Below the pieces are notes generated by a model. It ran no database searches and was not told the origin of the DNA. It saw only the letters and a list, made by a program, of their open reading frames with translations. A stretch of DNA of 64,000 bases from Candidatus Sulfotelmatobacter sp. (GTDB taxonomy: Bacteria > Acidobacteriota > Terriglobia > Terriglobales > Acidobacteriaceae), in NCBI GenBank assembly GCA_035266345.1, contig DATFNP010000042.1, positions 9,660-73,659 of the forward strand, written 5' to 3'. How positions within the stretch are numbered: position 1 is the first letter of the stretch; each line of letters begins with the position of its first letter. Below are positions 24,352-34,000 of the stretch, in pieces. Both the position numbers and the translations under genes were made by a program.

Positions 24352-25002
24352 ATGTCCCGCCCCGAACCCGGCTCCGCCCGCGATCTGGCTGAGCTGATCC
24401 TTGGCTACGGGCTGATCGTGTTTGTCATCTGGATGCCGGAGTTCCCGCAGCGCATCCTTTCTCCGCTGGCACTGCTGGCAACGCTTGCGGTAGTGCTGGC
24501 CCGCCGCCCCGGACTCGACGAACTCGGTCTCGGCCGGCGTGGGCTGGTGCCGTCATTGTGGATCCTTCCTGCGGTGGTTGTCTTCGCCATCGCAAGCCTG
24601 TTCGTCGCGAAGCAACTCGGCACATTGCATCCGTTGTATAAGGGCGACTTCGAGCACGTCGCAGGTTACACACTGTGGACGCTTTACCAGCAGTTTCTGC
24701 TGAACGACTACTTCATGCCGCGGCTCACGCGCATGATCGGGAAGAAAGCGATCACGACGGGCATAACCGCGCTGCTGTTCGCTGCGGCGCACCTGCCGAA
24801 TCTTCCGCTGGCGGCGGCGACGCTGGTATGGGGAGCCGTGTCGTGCATGCTGTTCCGGCGCTATCGCAATCTCTACGCGCTGGGCCTGGCCCAGGGACTG
24901 CTGGGACTCTGCTTCGCCGTTTGCATCCCGGATGCGCTGCATCATCACCTGCGGGTGGGGCTCGGGTATCTGCGCTACCGCGGAACACAGCCGACTCGTT
25001 GA
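24352..25002 (+). CDS. CPBP-family intramembrane metalloprotease (CAAX protease/Abi-like)
   Basis: Multi-TM protein. LLFAAAHLPN is a motif typical of the CPBP family. Confidence 0.75.
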   Translation: MSRPEPGSARDLAELILGYGLIVFVIWMPEFPQRILSPLALLATLAVVLARRPGLDELGLGRRGLVPSLWILPAVVVFAIASLFVAKQLGTLHPLYKGDFEHVAGYTLWTLYQQFLLNDYFMPRLTRMIGKKAITTGITALLFAAAHLPNLPLAAATLVWGAVSCMLFRRYRNLYALGLAQGLLGLCFAVCIPDALHHHLRVGLGYLRYRGTQPTR

Positions 25003-25164
25003 CCCGGCAGTTCAGCCTCCTATAAAAGAACCTTTGCGCGGTGGTAGCATCTCAATTGGAAGACATTCAGCAGCTTCTTCCGGAAATTCCGCCTGTCAGT
25101 TCACGCAGCCTGCAGCGAAATTAGCAGTACCGGTAAGCGTAGGACGACCGGGCAAGAGGAACAC

Positions 25165-26256
25165 ATGCGAATGATCAGCTCCCTCCGCAATTTGTTTTTC
25201 ACACTCGTTGTGCTGGCCATATCAACGTCGGCGTTATCGCAAATCAGAATTTCGGTCGCCTTCGGTCCGCCCGCGCTCCCCGTATACGAGCAGCCGATCT
25301 GCCCCGGCGACGGCTATCTCTGGACGCCCGGCTACTGGGCTTGGGACGGCGATGATTACTACTGGGTGCCGGGCACCTGGGTCCTGGCCCCGGAAGTCGG
25401 CTACCTCTGGACTCCACCGTGGTGGGGTTGGAGCGGCGGCGTGTTTCTTTTCCATGAAGGCTGGTGGGGGCCGCACATCGGCTTCTACGGTGGAATTAAT
25501 TATGGCTTCGGCTATTTCGGTTCCGGCTTCGCCGGCGGACGCTGGGACCACGATCACTTTTTCTACAACCGTTCGGTGACCAACATTAACGTCGTCAACA
25601 TTCATAACGTCTACAACGAAACCGTGATCAACAACAATGTCACGGTGAATCACATCAGCTACAATGGCGGCGCCGGTGGCATTGAAATGCGTCCCCGGCC
25701 GGAAGAGGAAATGGCGGAGCATGAGCGGCACGTAGGGCCGGTCTCCGCGCAGATGCAACACATGGAAGTTGCGCGTGGCAACCAGGAACTGCACGCTTCG
25801 GCCAATCACGGCCGGCCGCCCATCGCGGCGACTGCCCGGCCAGGAGAGTTCCGCGGCGGCTCGGTCATGCCTGCGCGCGAAGCTGGAGGTGTCTACAACC
25901 CTCCCAATCGCGGCGGCAATCCGTCGCGGGGCGGAAACGACTTCTCTCACGCCGTCCATCCCAAAGAACTTCCGGCATTTGAACGTCCCGCTGCGCCCAA
26001 TACCGGGGACCCCAACCGCGACCGGAAGTACAAGCAGCAGCAGGATAAGATGTTCGCCAAACAGGAACAGGAACGGCGGAACCTGCAGCAGAAGCAGGAG
26101 CAGGAACACCAAAGGATGGACCAGCAGAAGGCCAGCGAAGCCCAAAGGCAGCAGACCGAGCAGCGGCACCAGCAGCAGACTCAGCAATTACAGCAAAAGC
26201 ACGTGCAGCAGCAGCAGCAGATACAGGAAAAGCAGCAACCGTCCCGGCGGAAGTAG
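25165..26256 (+). CDS. YXWGXW repeat-containing secreted protein with Gln-rich C-terminal region
   Basis: Signal peptide. GYLWTPGYWAWDGDDYYWVPGTWV..GYLWTPPWWGW repeats. C-terminal QQ-rich low-complexity segment. Confidence 0.8.
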   Translation: MRMISSLRNLFFTLVVLAISTSALSQIRISVAFGPPALPVYEQPICPGDGYLWTPGYWAWDGDDYYWVPGTWVLAPEVGYLWTPPWWGWSGGVFLFHEGWWGPHIGFYGGINYGFGYFGSGFAGGRWDHDHFFYNRSVTNINVVNIHNVYNETVINNNVTVNHISYNGGAGGIEMRPRPEEEMAEHERHVGPVSAQMQHMEVARGNQELHASANHGRPPIAATARPGEFRGGSVMPAREAGGVYNPPNRGGNPSRGGNDFSHAVHPKELPAFERPAAPNTGDPNRDRKYKQQQDKMFAKQEQERRNLQQKQEQEHQRMDQQKASEAQRQQTEQRHQQQTQQLQQKHVQQQQQIQEKQQPSRRK

Positions 26257-26268
26257 CCATCGCGGGAC

Positions 26269-26346
26269 CAGTGGTCAGTGGCTAGTGATCAGTGATTCTC
26301 CAGGGAACTCGTACGCTGAACACTGGTCACTGCCCACTGACCACTG
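26269..26346. repeat. Imperfect hairpin built from heptamer-periodic CAGTGGT-type units
   Basis: Arms are CAGTGGTCAGTGGCTAGTGATCAGTG (26269-26294) and CACTGGTCACTGCCCACTGACCACTG (26321-26346): 26-nt arms with 3 mismatches. It lies between convergent genes. Confidence 0.75.
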
Positions 26347-27228
26347 CTAGAACCACCACGACCAGATCCAATCCACGCAGGTGTGCGTGATGGCTGAAGC
26401 CGGAACACGGCGCCCCTCGCGCCACGCCCGGCCGTAGAAGACTCCCGCGATCGTGGCCAGCAACACGTAGCGCCAGTTGAAGTGAGCGGAACGCTTGTTG
26501 AAGTGAGACAAGCCGAATAGGACGGACGCGATCACCAGCGCCGCCCGCCTCCCAACGCGCCGTTCCAGCAGGTTCTGCACCCAGGAGCGGAAGAAAAGCT
26601 CTTCCGGCACGGCGACGAAAAGAAAAATTGCGGTCCAGCGCAGGGCCGCGTCGCTCACCGACGGCAGGTTGGAATGGGGATGAATGAAGCCCAAGGCAAG
26701 CCCCAACAACAGCACCACCGGAGTGAAGAAGGCCAACTCGCGCAGGCCGGTCTTCCAATCGTTCCAGTGCGGGTGGAAGTCGAATCCGGTTCCATCGAGG
26801 CGGCGAATGGCCAGAAAACCGTACAAGCCCGCATCCACCAGCAGGAGTTTGCCCAGCGGTTCGAGCCCACGGGGCCAGGCGGAATCGAGCCGGCGCAAAT
26901 CCACAGCCAGGCCCAGCATGAGGAGAATCAGCGCATCGCGCCAGTTTCCGCGCTGCTCGGGATCGGCGGCTGCCGCTTGCTCCAGAAGCCAGGCCGCCCC
27001 AATCGGCAGCGCGGCATAGAGCGCGCACCAGTTCCACCGGAATGTCTGGTGTGCCGCCGCGACCACGACATACGGCAGAACTCCTAGCGATGGCAGTAGA
27101 AGAATTCGCACTGGCTCCCGCCAGCTTCGCACGGCCCTCGCGATGCGGTCAGGCGCGAAGCCGAACCCCGCCGCCACCGACAGTTCCGCCACCAGGACCG
27201 TAATCGCGGTTGAAGTCAGGCCTTGCAT
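26347..27228 (-). CDS. CPBP-family intramembrane metalloprotease
   Basis: VPEELFFRSW and LFGLSHFN motifs (EExxxR and H motifs of CAAX proteases). Multi-TM. Confidence 0.85.
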   Translation of the reverse strand: MQGLTSTAITVLVAELSVAAGFGFAPDRIARAVRSWREPVRILLLPSLGVLPYVVVAAAHQTFRWNWCALYAALPIGAAWLLEQAAAADPEQRGNWRDALILLMLGLAVDLRRLDSAWPRGLEPLGKLLLVDAGLYGFLAIRRLDGTGFDFHPHWNDWKTGLRELAFFTPVVLLLGLALGFIHPHSNLPSVSDAALRWTAIFLFVAVPEELFFRSWVQNLLERRVGRRAALVIASVLFGLSHFNKRSAHFNWRYVLLATIAGVFYGRAWREGRRVPASAITHTCVDWIWSWWF

Positions 27229-27307
27229 GCGAAGATCTTACCTGCCGGCGCTTGTTTTCGGCGTGGCAAGGCGACTAGAATTTCGTCGTTCGTCTCAGGA
27301 GGCATTG

Positions 27308-28069
27308 ATGGCCGCCGCTCCGGTCTTGCCCGCTTCTGCTGGTCCCACGCCCGAACCCGCGCCTCTCTCGGAAGGCGCGCGCATCGTCAACACTTTTATT
27401 GCGCCGTCGAAGACGTTCACCGACCTGCGCCGGAATGCCAACTGGTGGGGTCCCTGGATCCTGATCTCCATATTTTCGTTGGTGTTCGTCTATGCCATGA
27501 ACAGGCAGGTTGGTTTCGAGCAGATCAGCAAGAACCAGATCGCGCACTCCTCGCGCGCGGACCAATTCGACAAGCTCCCAGCCGATCAGCAAGCAAAGCA
27601 GTTGCAGCTTTCCAGCAAGATCATCGGCTTCTTCGCGTATGGCAGCCCGTTGATGATTCTTTTCTACTTCCTGATTGAGACCGTGGTCTTGTGGGCCACC
27701 CTCAAGGTTGGGGCTGGAGGGGAAACTTCGTTCAAGGCGGCATACGCCACCGTCATGTATGCCGGCCTCCCCGGTATTGTGGGCGCGATTCTGGGCATCG
27801 TGTCCTTGTTTGCAGGGGTCAACCCCGAAGGTTTTGATATCAACAACCCCGTGGGCACAAACCTCGCCTACTATCTCGATCCGGAGACCACGGGCAAGTT
27901 CGTACGGGGGATGGCGTCGTCGCTCGATTTGATCAGCATCTGGACGATTGTGCTTCTCGGCATCGGCTTTGCCTGCACCGGCAAAGTGAAGCGCTCCACT
28001 GCTATCACCATCGTCGCGGTCTGGTACCTGATATTCAAGCTAGCGACGTCGGCGCTCGGTGCGATGTAG
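27308..28069 (+). CDS. Yip1-family membrane protein
   Basis: N-terminal FIAPSKTFTDLRRNANWWGPW followed by five hydrophobic segments. Start taken at the internal ATG (MAAAPVLP). Confidence 0.65.
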   Translation: MAAAPVLPASAGPTPEPAPLSEGARIVNTFIAPSKTFTDLRRNANWWGPWILISIFSLVFVYAMNRQVGFEQISKNQIAHSSRADQFDKLPADQQAKQLQLSSKIIGFFAYGSPLMILFYFLIETVVLWATLKVGAGGETSFKAAYATVMYAGLPGIVGAILGIVSLFAGVNPEGFDINNPVGTNLAYYLDPETTGKFVRGMASSLDLISIWTIVLLGIGFACTGKVKRSTAITIVAVWYLIFKLATSALGAM

Positions 28070-28169
28070 CTCGGAGGTTTGCAATCAGGGAATTTCGCAC
28101 TGCTGGCCGTGACAGAAGTCACAGCCAGCGGCGCCACGACGGATAATGATTGGTTTGCAGGAGGTGTTT

Positions 28170-29477
28170 ATGCGAACGACCTTCTCCTGGGCCCTGCGAA
28201 TTCTAGTTGGTCTGAGCCTTATTCCTTTCCTTCTGACTTCCCGCTCGCTCTCCGCGCAGACTGCTACTCCTGGCCAGTGCGTGGAATGCCACAGCAAGGT
28301 CACTCCCAACATCGTTTCCGATTGGAAGCTGAGCAAGCACAGCCAGGCCGAGGTGACTTGCGTCTCCTGCCACGGGGACCAGCACACTTCCGCGAGCGAT
28401 GTGGCCAAGGTGAAGATTCCAACGCCGGAAACCTGCGCCCAGTGCCACGAGACCCAGGTCACGCAGTTCAAGAAGGGCAAGCACGCCATGGCCTGGGCAG
28501 CCATGAAGGCGATGCCGACCATCCACTGGCAGCCCATGGCCATGACCGGAGGTGAGAAGGGTTGCGGCGGCTGCCACAAGATTGGCGACAAAACTCTGAC
28601 CGAAGTCGTCGAGTTGCGGCAGAACGGCTCCGGCACCGAGTTTGGCGCGGCGCAATGCGACGCCTGCCACACCCGCCATACGTTCTCGGCTGAAGAGGCT
28701 CGCCAGCCCCAGGCTTGCGAAACCTGCCACATGGGCTTCGACCATCCCCAGTGGGAAATGTATTCCGCCTCGAAGCACGGGGTACGAAATGAACTGAAGC
28801 AGATGCACGTGCTTCCCGCCAGCGCTTCGGCTCCCACCTGCCAGACCTGCCACATGCAGGAGGGCAATCACGAAGTGCGCACGGCCTGGGGATTCCTCGC
28901 CGTTCGCCTTCCCCTGCCCGAAGACAAGCAGTGGGCCGCGGACCGGGCGACCATTCTCCAGGCGCTAGGTGTGCTCGATCCGCAAGGGCAGCCCACGGCG
29001 CTGGTCGCCACGGTGAAAGCCGCCGACCTGGCCCGCCTGACCCAGGAAGACTGGCAGCGCGAGCGCGACAAGATGATCAAGACCTGCAACCAGTGCCATT
29101 CGGTGAACTTCGCCAAGCAGCAACTGGCGCAGGGCGACGACATGATCAAGAATGCCGATCACCTGATGGCCGAAGCGATTCGCATTGTGGCCGGGCTCTA
29201 CAAAGACGGCATTGTGCCCCAGCCGGCGAACTACGCCTACCCGTTCCCCAACCTGCTGACGTTTCATGACGCGCCCACGGTGGTCGAGCAGAAACTGTTC
29301 GTCATGTATCTCGAACATCGCATGCGGACATTCCAGGGCACATTCCACGCCAGCCCGGATTACGCGCTCTGGTACGGCTGGAGCGAAATGCAGCGCGATC
29401 TGACGGAGATCAGGGAACTGGCCGCGCAGATGCGCCGGGAAAGGCAGGGAGCCACGCTGAAGCCGGCGGTGAAGTAG
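28170..29477 (+). CDS. Octaheme c-type cytochrome (hydroxylamine oxidoreductase-like multiheme family)
   Basis: Signal peptide plus eight CxxCH motifs (CVECH, CVSCH, CAQCH, CGGCH, CDACH, CETCH, CQTCH, CNQCH). AGGAGG lies 5 nt upstream of the ATG at 28170. Confidence 0.8.
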   Translation: MRTTFSWALRILVGLSLIPFLLTSRSLSAQTATPGQCVECHSKVTPNIVSDWKLSKHSQAEVTCVSCHGDQHTSASDVAKVKIPTPETCAQCHETQVTQFKKGKHAMAWAAMKAMPTIHWQPMAMTGGEKGCGGCHKIGDKTLTEVVELRQNGSGTEFGAAQCDACHTRHTFSAEEARQPQACETCHMGFDHPQWEMYSASKHGVRNELKQMHVLPASASAPTCQTCHMQEGNHEVRTAWGFLAVRLPLPEDKQWAADRATILQALGVLDPQGQPTALVATVKAADLARLTQEDWQRERDKMIKTCNQCHSVNFAKQQLAQGDDMIKNADHLMAEAIRIVAGLYKDGIVPQPANYAYPFPNLLTFHDAPTVVEQKLFVMYLEHRMRTFQGTFHASPDYALWYGWSEMQRDLTEIRELAAQMRRERQGATLKPAVK

Positions 29478-29485
29478 AGCGGCAG

Positions 29486-30319
29486 TCAGCCAGCCATAGA
29501 TTCGATCGCTTGCACCACGTCTGGCGGGAGCGTCAGATCGAGGCTGTCGAGATCCTGCTTCATGTGCGCAGCGCTGGATGCGCCGGTTAGCAGCAGCATC
29601 CCCAGTGCGCGGGCAAAGCTGAACACGACCTGCGCCGGCGTCGCGTCCAGTTGCGCCGCGAGAGCGATGAGCGGAGGATGTTGCAGCACCTCCGGATTCG
29701 CGGTCAGCAGTGAAAATCCCTGATAGGTGATCTTGCGCTCGCTGCATAACGATCGAATCTCGCGATCCCAGCCGAGGCGGGCGAAGCAGCGGTTCTGCAC
29801 GAAGGCAGGAAGTTCGTCATGAGCAGCCTCCATTTGTTCCAGGTGTTGCAGTGAGACGTTGCTGACGCCGAGCAGGCGCGTGCGTCCCCCATCGCGTTCC
29901 CTCCGCATCGCCTCCCAGACTTCGGCGTCGGAGTCAGTCCAGCCGTAGCCGGAAGAAGGCCCGTGCAGCACGTAACTATCTACGTGGTCGGTCCCCAGAT
30001 GTTCGAGCGAACTGGCCAGAGACTGGGCGACCTGCACGGCAAGACTGGCAAATGGATCGTAGGGAAGGCGGTGGTCCTGTCCCCGCTGGTAGGTGAATTT
30101 CGTTTGCAGAAAAAGATCACCCCGCGTTGCCACGCCCGCGCGATAGGCCGCGGACAGACCCTCGCCGACTCCGCTTTCGAGGTAGTGGCGGCGCTGGTTG
30201 GCCGTGTCAATGCCGCGAAACCCAGCGCGCAGAGCAAGTTCAACCAGGGCGGCCGTGCGATCTTCCTTCCAGGCAGTGCCGTAGAGAAAACTGGGGAGGG
30301 GTAAGGGCTCGGCAGGCAT
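29486..30319 (-). CDS. Aldo/keto reductase
   Basis: FLYGTAWKEDRTAALVELALRAGFRGIDTA and VDSYVLHGP resemble AKR motifs. Confidence 0.9.
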   Translation of the reverse strand: MPAEPLPLPSFLYGTAWKEDRTAALVELALRAGFRGIDTANQRRHYLESGVGEGLSAAYRAGVATRGDLFLQTKFTYQRGQDHRLPYDPFASLAVQVAQSLASSLEHLGTDHVDSYVLHGPSSGYGWTDSDAEVWEAMRRERDGGRTRLLGVSNVSLQHLEQMEAAHDELPAFVQNRCFARLGWDREIRSLCSERKITYQGFSLLTANPEVLQHPPLIALAAQLDATPAQVVFSFARALGMLLLTGASSAAHMKQDLDSLDLTLPPDVVQAIESMAG

Positions 30320-30346
30320 CTGTCATTGTGCCATGAGGATGGTTCC

Positions 30347-30412
30347 TAACCACAGAGGACACAGAGATTCACAGGGGCAATCTGGATGTCCCTGAATTCC
30401 TCTGCAGTTGAA
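30347..30412. repeat. CACAGAGG-type periodic repeat (imperfect hairpin)
   Basis: TAACCACAGAGGACACAGAGATTCACAGGGG ... TTCCTCTGCAGTTG. Same family as 48099-48167 and 48601-48630. Confidence 0.6.
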
Positions 30413-30509
30413 GTTCCCGCTGAGCGCTCCACTCGCGCTGCATGCGGGGGCTGAGTAGAATAGGGGCGGAAGCGTTCCTTCATATCACGGCACGACTGCG
30501 GGGAACATC

Positions 30510-31034
30510 ATGAAACATACAATCTGTCTTCTTCTGCTTATGGCGGCAACTGCAGTTCTTGCGCAGGACAAGAACCCGGTCACGACGGTGGCCCGAGAAA
30601 TGCTGCCGCGCCAGCAGAAAAACCTGGTGGCGGCGGTCGAGGAAATGCCCGCCGACAAGTTCGACTTTCATCCGACGGAAAAGCAGATGACTTTCGGCCA
30701 TCTGGTCCTGCACATCGCCGAATCGAACAACTATCTGTGCTCAAAGATCGCAGACTTGACCGAGGTGAAGGCTGCGGTGCAGCTGAAAGAGTCTGACGGC
30801 AAAGACAAGCTGGTGGCGGCGTTGAAAGCGAGCTTTGACTTCTGCTCGACCGCGCTCGCGAAAGTGGACGACTCAAAACTCGGCGATGAAGTCGAGTTGT
30901 TCGGCGGGCGCAAGGGAACGCGCGCCTTCGCCCTGATCGCCCTGACCAACGACTGGGCCGACCACTACAGCTCGGCGGCCATGTATCTTCGCCTCAACGG
31001 CCTGCTGCCACCGACGGCGCAGCCGAAAAAGTAG
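30510..31034 (+). CDS. DinB-family protein with signal peptide
   Basis: MPADKFDFHPTEKQMTFGHLVLHIAESN and TNDWADHYS are DinB-like His helices. Confidence 0.8.
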   Translation: MKHTICLLLLMAATAVLAQDKNPVTTVAREMLPRQQKNLVAAVEEMPADKFDFHPTEKQMTFGHLVLHIAESNNYLCSKIADLTEVKAAVQLKESDGKDKLVAALKASFDFCSTALAKVDDSKLGDEVELFGGRKGTRAFALIALTNDWADHYSSAAMYLRLNGLLPPTAQPKK

Positions 31035-31070
31035 CTTTCAGCCCTCGGCCACGAGCACCCAGCAGTTCGC

Positions 31071-34000
31071 CTAAAATTCATAGCGCAGCGCGAACTGCAT
31101 GACCCGCGGGTAGGTCAGAAGGCTCGAATAGGTGCCAAACTGAGTCGGGGCCTGCTCGATCGAGGTGACCGCCGATCCCACGCCCTGGGCGTTGAACCGG
31201 ACCAGATTCAGGACGTTGAAGACCTGCCAGGTGAACTGCACGCTCTGGGTTTCACGAAATCTCCAGCGCTTGCTCAGGCCCAAGTCGAGGCCTGCGTAGC
31301 CTTGTCCGCGGAGCACGTTGCGGGAAGCGCCGCTGCCCGGGAACGGAATCACGAACTCCGCCTGAGAGGCCGAGGGGTTCGAAAATATGGTGACTGAGCC
31401 ATTGGACTGGCGATAGACACCGGTGTGGGGCTTCGATCCGACCAGTTGCGCCAGGCCCGTGTACTGCCAGTCGGTGGGCCAGTTCTGGCCCACGTCCACG
31501 CTGAAGGGCAGGCCCGAGGTCCATCGCGCCACGCCTGTGAGTTGCCAGCCGCCGATCAGCGCCTCTGCGGCCGGGCCGGCGCTCGAGGCGAAACGCTTTC
31601 CTTTGCCGAAGGGCAGTTCAGCCAGCCAGTTGGCGTTAATCTGATGGGTCATGTCGAAATCCGACACCGCGTACTGGGAATCAGGCGAGAACGCATTCTC
31701 CAGCCGGCTGCCCACGAGACCGATGTTCTGGTAGCCGACCAGGGCGAAGCCGACACGCGCCGCGGTTGAAGTGTCGTCCAGCGACTTCGAGTAGGTGTAG
31801 TTCAGGTCGAACTGCAGTCCGTTGGAGAACTGTTTGCGCAGCGAGGCCTGCAGAGCGTTGTAGTTGGAATGGCCCACTGTGCTCCAGGCAAAGGCGGAGA
31901 TGGCCTGGTTGTTCAGGTATTTGCCTTGCCCCGTACCCTGAAAGTTCAAAGGTCCGTTGAAGAACAGCGGGTTGGTATAAGGAGTGTGAATGCCGTTGTC
32001 GCCGAGGTATCCGTAGAGATCAATATCGGCCAGGCCGACGATTTCGTTGCCGACGTAGGCACAGTTCGGGTTGTAGTAGACGTCGTAGACCCCCTGCATC
32101 AGGCCGGCGCTGCCAGGAGTGGGAACGTTGCCTCCCGAGCAATAGGTTGCGTAGCTGCTGGCGCCGTTCGTCAAGCCGGGCAGCACGTCGTGCCAGTAAG
32201 CGGCAGTCGGACCGATTGCGGCGTCAGTTACGGTGGCAAGAAATGCCTGATATGTGCTGGAGTTGGCAAACTGGCCCGGATTGGAGCGGGCGAGCTGAGA
32301 CAAGGCAGTAGCCGCCTTGTAGTAGTCAATCCCGGTCTTGGGATCCACGATATCGAGCGGCTGGTTGAGGTCGCGCTGCGTCAGCAGTTTCCCGCCAAAG
32401 CGGCCGATGTAAGAAATCTGCAGCGCGTAATGACCGGGCAGTTCGCGGGCAATGGAGAAATCAACGGCATAGGAACGCGGCGTCTTCAGCGTGTCATCTA
32501 CGGCCCATAGATTGGCTTCTGAATTGAACGGGATATCCTTCTGGCTGAACGAAGGGGCGGGCGTGAGAAATGGAGGCTGGCCCATTAGGTTCAGCTGCAA
32601 ATTTGGCGGAATGACGTTGAGGTTTGAAATCCGCGGCAGATCCCCGACATCGTCAACACCCACCTGACAGCAGGTGTTCTGCAGCGTGTAGCCGAAGCCA
32701 CCAGGAGAATACTGATCGAACGAATTCAGGAGTTGGAATCCGGGGCGGTCGTAGACCAGGCCAAAGCCGCCGCGGATGGAAGTCTTGTCGCTGTCGCCGA
32801 ACATCTTCCTTCCCAGGTCGGTCGTGGGGCGCGGCGAGAATGCGATGGAGATGCGGGGCGCAAAGTTGGTTTTCGACAGATGGTAGAACTCGGGACCGTG
32901 GTTGACCGGCCCGCCGGGAACGAAAGCGATCGAAGGCTCGGAGGTGTATCCCATGCCCTGCTTCATGTTGGCCACGTTAGTGTCGAACTGCTTGCCCAAA
33001 CTGAAGGACGACGCGGACTGCAGGCCGTTGGTTTCCCACGGCGGCGGAAACAGGGACCAACGCACACCATAGGTGACGGTGAGGTTCTGTTTCGCCCGCC
33101 AGGAATCCTGGGCATACATCTCATACCAGTTCAGAGCGTAGCGCCGGTCCACGGGGCTTCCCTGCCCTAGCAAGTTCCCCGATTTGTCAAAGTTGTACTG
33201 TCCGACAAAATCGGAAACAATACCCATCAAGCCAATGAGGGGCCGATCGTAGCCGGACTTGAACGAGAGATCAACTTCGGGAGCGGTCAGGCCACCGGGG
33301 AGTTTCAGATTGGTCGGGTCCATGGGGCTGGCACTGTCGGCGATGCCGGTCGGTGACATCCAACTCGAAGTGCCGAGCGTGAAATTGCTGGAATGCAGAT
33401 AACTGACGCGCGGATTGCGCGTCAGGCCGATGTTTCCGCCGAACTGGAACGAGTGCGTGCCCTTGGTCCAGGAGAAATCGTCTACGAAGTTGTTCACTGG
33501 AAGCTGCAGATTGTGGCTGAAGGCCAGGCCCTGGTCGAGACCGATGAAGGTATTCCACTGAGCATTCGTATCCCCCACCACGCCGAAACTCTGGCGGGTA
33601 AAACCCCAGCGAAGATTGTTCACCATGGACGAACTGAGCACGGCCGTGTAGCCAAGGACTAACCCCTTGCTGTGGTCGGCTATGGTCTGTTCGGGGACGG
33701 TTCCCGGCAGGAACGGTTCCTGGGGGTTGCTAAGGTTCTGCAGGGCTCCGCGCCAGAACAACGTGTGCTTGCCGGCAGCGTCCAGATGGAAGTCGAGCTT
33801 GGCAATGAAGACGTTGTTGTCCGCCTTGACCGGGGCGCGGAAACGGTAGCCGGAGTAGTTCAAACCATCGCCCACGGAAAAATCATTGGTGACCAGGTTG
33901 CTGAAGTTCTGGTTGAAATAATTCAGCATGACGCTGCTGGGACCGATGCCCAGTGGGTCCAGGGTTTGGAGATTGTTCGGGCCCTGGCCGGTGTAGGGGC

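Noticed and set aside
25234-26187. 317-aa minus-strand ORF
   Set aside because: It is antisense to the YXWGXW-repeat gene, which has a signal peptide and a recognisable repeat family.
28085-28871. 260-aa and 222-aa minus-strand ORFs
   Set aside because: They are antisense to the octaheme cytochrome gene, whose eight CxxCH motifs establish the plus-strand frame.
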